Part shown: piece by piece, positions 61,020 to 64,000 of the stretch | How the letters are laid out: every line of letters starts with the position of its first letter | Numbering within the stretch: position 1 is the first letter of the stretch | From: an uncultured Chloroflexia bacterium | Lineage (GTDB): Bacteria > Chloroflexota > Dehalococcoidia > DSTF01 > JALHUB01 | NCBI GenBank assembly: GCA_963703345.1 | Contig: OY969814.1 | Location: 1,088,001-1,152,000, forward strand | Direction of reading: 5' to 3' | Length of the DNA: 64,000 bases | The notes under the pieces: model-generated | Databases searched by the model: none | Told to the model about the DNA's origin: nothing | What the model saw: only the letters and a program-made list of their open reading frames with translations | Program-made: the position numbers and the translations under genes

Positions 61020-62303
61020 ATGCGCTACCACATCTGGACGTTCGGCTGCCAGATGAACAAGGCCGACTCCGCGAAGCTCGCCGCCGGCCTCGAACGCCTG
61101 GGCCACGAGGTCGCAGCTTCGCCTGAGGAGGCGGACCTGCTCGTCGTCAACACCTGCGCCGTACGCGAGCACGCCGAGCAGCGCGCGGCGGGCAGGCTCG
61201 CCGAGGCGAAGCGACTGAAGGCGAAGAACGCCGCGGTCAAGATCGTCCTCACCGGCTGCATGGTCGGGCCGCAACTCGACGAACTGCGACGTCGCTTCCC
61301 CTACGTTGACGCCTTCGCGGCGCCGCAGGCCTTCGCCGATATCGCCTCCGGAATCGAGGGTCTGCCGGAGGGCTGCGCGCCGTCGCAGTTCTGGGCCGGC
61401 GTTTTCCCTCTTGCCGGCGGACCCACCGCCTTCGTGCCCGTTGTTTACGGTTGCAACAAATTCTGCTCGTACTGCATCGTCCCCTATCGCCGCGGGCGCG
61501 AGCGCAGCCGGACTGTGGAGGAAGTCCACGCCGAAGTGCGGCATCACGTTGAAGGCGACGTCAGGGAGGTGACGCTGCTGGGGCAGTCGGTAGAGGCGTT
61601 CGGCCGCGACCTGCCGGATCGGGGGGACCTCGCCGACCTCATGCGCGACCTCCACGCCGTCGAAGGGCTGGAACGCATCCGATTCCTCACCTCCTATCCG
61701 ACCGACGTCACGGAGCGCATCGTCGACGCCGTCGCTGACCTGCCGAAGGTCTGCGAATGCTTTAGCCTCCCGCTCCAGGCAGGCGACGACGCGGTCCTCG
61801 CCCGCATGCGGCGAGGCTACACCGCTGACGAGTACGAGGCGGTCGTCGCGGGCATACGAGGGCGCATTCCGGGAGCAGCCATCTCCACCGACGTCATCGT
61901 CGGCTTCTGCGGCGAGAGCGACTCCCAGTTCCAGCGCACGTACGATCTGCTGGAGCGCTTGCGCTTCGATAAGGTGCACGTCGCGGCCTACTCGCCGCGG
62001 CCCGGCACCATCGCCGCGCGTCGCCTGGAAGACGACGTGCCCGCCGTGACGAAGCAGGCGCGGCTCCAGGCCGTCGAGGCGTTGCAGAAGCGCATCGCCG
62101 GCGAGATCAACGCCGCGCTCGTTGGCCGGACAGAGGAGGTGCTCGTAGAGGCGAAGGCGAAGGGTCGCTGGAGCGGCCGGACACGCAGCGACAAGCTGGT
62201 GCACTTCAGCGGCGACTACCGGCCCGGCGACCTCGTGCCGGTGCGCATCGAGAGGGCCGGTCCGTGGTCGCTGTCCGGCGCCGTCCCTTCGGGAGAGAGC
62301 TGA
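61020..62303 (+). CDS. miaB: tRNA methylthiotransferase MiaB
   Basis: TFGCQMN, NTCAVRE, GCNKFCSYCIVP, STDVIVGFCGE, YSPRPGT, C-terminal TRAM domain. Confidence 0.92.
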   Translation: MRYHIWTFGCQMNKADSAKLAAGLERLGHEVAASPEEADLLVVNTCAVREHAEQRAAGRLAEAKRLKAKNAAVKIVLTGCMVGPQLDELRRRFPYVDAFAAPQAFADIASGIEGLPEGCAPSQFWAGVFPLAGGPTAFVPVVYGCNKFCSYCIVPYRRGRERSRTVEEVHAEVRHHVEGDVREVTLLGQSVEAFGRDLPDRGDLADLMRDLHAVEGLERIRFLTSYPTDVTERIVDAVADLPKVCECFSLPLQAGDDAVLARMRRGYTADEYEAVVAGIRGRIPGAAISTDVIVGFCGESDSQFQRTYDLLERLRFDKVHVAAYSPRPGTIAARRLEDDVPAVTKQARLQAVEALQKRIAGEINAALVGRTEEVLVEAKAKGRWSGRTRSDKLVHFSGDYRPGDLVPVRIERAGPWSLSGAVPSGES

Positions 62304-62995
62304 TGGCGCGGAAGAGCGACGATCCAAAGCAGGCTCCGGTGCCCTCGGCGACAAAACGGACCCCAATCGTCGCCGTCTTCGTCGTCATCTTCACTGCCGT
62401 CGAGAGCGACCTCAAGGTGCTGCTCATCCGTCGCGGCGTGGCGCCCTACGAGGGGCAGTGGGCCATACCGGGCGGCCGCCTTGGGACGGGCGAGACGCTC
62501 GACCAGGCGGCGACGCGCAAGCTTGTCGAAGAGACGGGCGTCCGCGATGTCTACCTGGAGCAGCTCTACACCTTCGGCGACCTTGACCCCTCGGCGGAGG
62601 GCGGCGCCGTCGCTATCGGCTATTTCGCCCTCGTCGACCACAACAGCGTCAACCTGCCGCGTCGCGAGGAGTGGCCGACCGCCTGGTTCTCGCTCAACGA
62701 CCTGCCGCCGCTGGCTTTCGACAACGAATCGGTGCTCGACTACGCCCTCCGACGCCTCCGCAGCAAGATGGAGTACACCAACGTCGCCTACAGCCTGCTG
62801 CCGCAGTACTTCACGCTGAGTCAGCTTCAGGCGGTCTACGAGTCGATCCTGGGGAAGGAAGTGGACAAGCGGAACTTCCGGAAGCGGATGCTTGCCCTGG
62901 GCATCGTGCGGCCGACAGAGCGGACCATCGTGCTCGGCGCGCACCGGCCGGCCAAGCTGTACACGTTCTCGTCGCGCCAGCCGACGGCCATCTAG
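62303..62995 (+). CDS. nrtR: NrtR-like Nudix/winged-helix regulator
   Basis: WAIPGG...EETG, YLEQLYTFG, LAFD, FTLSQLQ, DKRNFRK, RPAKLY. Confidence 0.88.
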   Translation: MARKSDDPKQAPVPSATKRTPIVAVFVVIFTAVESDLKVLLIRRGVAPYEGQWAIPGGRLGTGETLDQAATRKLVEETGVRDVYLEQLYTFGDLDPSAEGGAVAIGYFALVDHNSVNLPRREEWPTAWFSLNDLPPLAFDNESVLDYALRRLRSKMEYTNVAYSLLPQYFTLSQLQAVYESILGKEVDKRNFRKRMLALGIVRPTERTIVLGAHRPAKLYTFSSRQPTAI

Positions 62996-63038
62996 CGGCA
63001 AGACGGCGGAGCAGTACTCAGCCCGCCGCGACGTCGCC

Positions 63039-63404
63039 CTACTTCATCGCCACTTCCATCGAGTCGATCAGGTCCTGCGCATCAAACCGCAGCGAGACCG
63101 TGACCTTCTGAGTCTTTCGCAGCGCCATCGCGACGAGACGCAGGAGGCCCCGCGGCGCCATGCCCGGCACAACGATCTCGCCCTCCGGCCCTGCCTTGGG
63201 GACAGCGAAGCCCACCCTGTCGAGGCCGCGGCCGCTCTCAGCGCCGATGCGCATGGCCGCCACGATCGTTTCTCTCCCCTGTAGCTGCGCCATCTCGGGG
63301 ACGGTCAGGATGGCGTTGTCGGAAAGCATCGTCGCCGCCTCGCCGTAGCGCCTGTTCTGGAGGTGGGCGACGAACCTGGCTGCGAGCTCCTCTCGCTTGT
63401 CCAT
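63039..63404 (-). CDS. Small SnoaL/NTF2-like protein
   Basis: ARFVAHL...LSDNAILTVP...LQGRETI pattern; GGAAGGAG ribosome-binding site. Confidence 0.55.
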   Translation of the reverse strand: MDKREELAARFVAHLQNRRYGEAATMLSDNAILTVPEMAQLQGRETIVAAMRIGAESGRGLDRVGFAVPKAGPEGEIVVPGMAPRGLLRLVAMALRKTQKVTVSLRFDAQDLIDSMEVAMK

Positions 63405-63436
63405 GATTGGCTCCTTCCTATGGCCTCGGGTGTCTC

Positions 63437-64000
63437 TCAGACGCGCCGGCGCAGGACCTTTTCCGTCGTCCAGCCGATTTCCGCTGGGCTTTCGCAGATA
63501 ATCGCGCCGGCGGCGGCAAGCGCTTCCTTCTTCGCCTGCGCCGTGCCGGTATTGCCGGCGATAATCGCTCCGGCATGTCCCATGCGACGCCCTGGCGGCG
63601 CCGTGCTGCCGGCGATGAAGGCGATGACCGGCTTCATCATGTCCGACTTGATGTATCCCGCCGCCTCCTGCTCCAGCCCGCCGCCGATTTCGCCGATGAG
63701 CACGACCGCGGCGGTGCCGTCGTCCGCCTGGAACGCCGTCAGCACGTCCTTCAGGCTCGTGCCGATAATCGGGTCACCGCCGATGCCAACGCAGGTCGAC
63801 TGGCCGATGCCGCGTTCGCTCAACTGCGCCACCGCCTCGTACACCAGCGTACCGCTCCGGGAGACGACGCCGACGTTGCCGGGCATGAAGACATCGCCGG
63901 GCATGATGCCGACCTTGCACTGGCCCGGCGTTATCACCCCCGGGCAATTCGGGCCTATGAGTCGCGCCTGGCTGTCGCGAAGCTGCCTTTTCACCGTCAC
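63437..64000 (-). CDS. sucD: Succinyl-CoA synthetase alpha subunit (5' part outside the window)
   Basis: [35 protein letters not shown]. Confidence 0.96.
   Translation of the reverse strand: MTVKRQLRDSQARLIGPNCPGVITPGQCKVGIMPGDVFMPGNVGVVSRSGTLVYEAVAQLSERGIGQSTCVGIGGDPIIGTSLKDVLTAFQADDGTAAVVLIGEIGGGLEQEAAGYIKSDMMKPVIAFIAGSTAPPGRRMGHAGAIIAGNTGTAQAKKEALAAAGAIICESPAEIGWTTEKVLRRRV

Overview
GC-rich bacterial chromosomal segment. The gene repertoire suggests Chloroflexota/Dehalococcoidia, but this is inference only. From left to right: (1) a 5'-truncated cyclic beta-1,2-glucan synthase/GH94 gene, then a decayed junction (7.4-8.7 kb) with a HerA-like fragment, two divergent tRNA remnants (Pro-GGG 3' half, degenerate Arg) and five 11-bp-period repeats. 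(2) A phoBR-pstSCAB-arsC-phoU locus with Pho-box-like repeats and two small unknown ORFs ahead of pstS. (3) A sulfur/Cys/Met region: Rrf2, HMA-DsbD, cupredoxin, DoxX, MoeB/ThiF, cysK, metY-metX-metW and HMT/MTHFR, plus several gene remnants and a LysM-NlpC/P60 gene with a structured leader. (4) Mixed metabolic and envelope genes, including a beta-lactamase-fold protein with Cys at the catalytic Ser position and TatA fused to three zinc ribbons. (5) An MprAB-like two-component system followed by an arn-like amino-sugar surface-modification operon. (6) The most striking feature, at 59.85-60.97 kb: one intact tRNA-Ser(GCT) flanked by two small GIY-YIG nuclease genes. Each nuclease gene is bracketed by tRNA-Ser T-arm repeats carrying a double-hairpin insertion in the T-loop (24 nt in three copies, degenerate in the fourth). 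This looks like a minimal tRNA-targeting mobile cassette. The window ends with miaB, nrtR, a small NTF2-like gene and partial sucD. All calls come from reading the sequence and motifs; no database searches were run.
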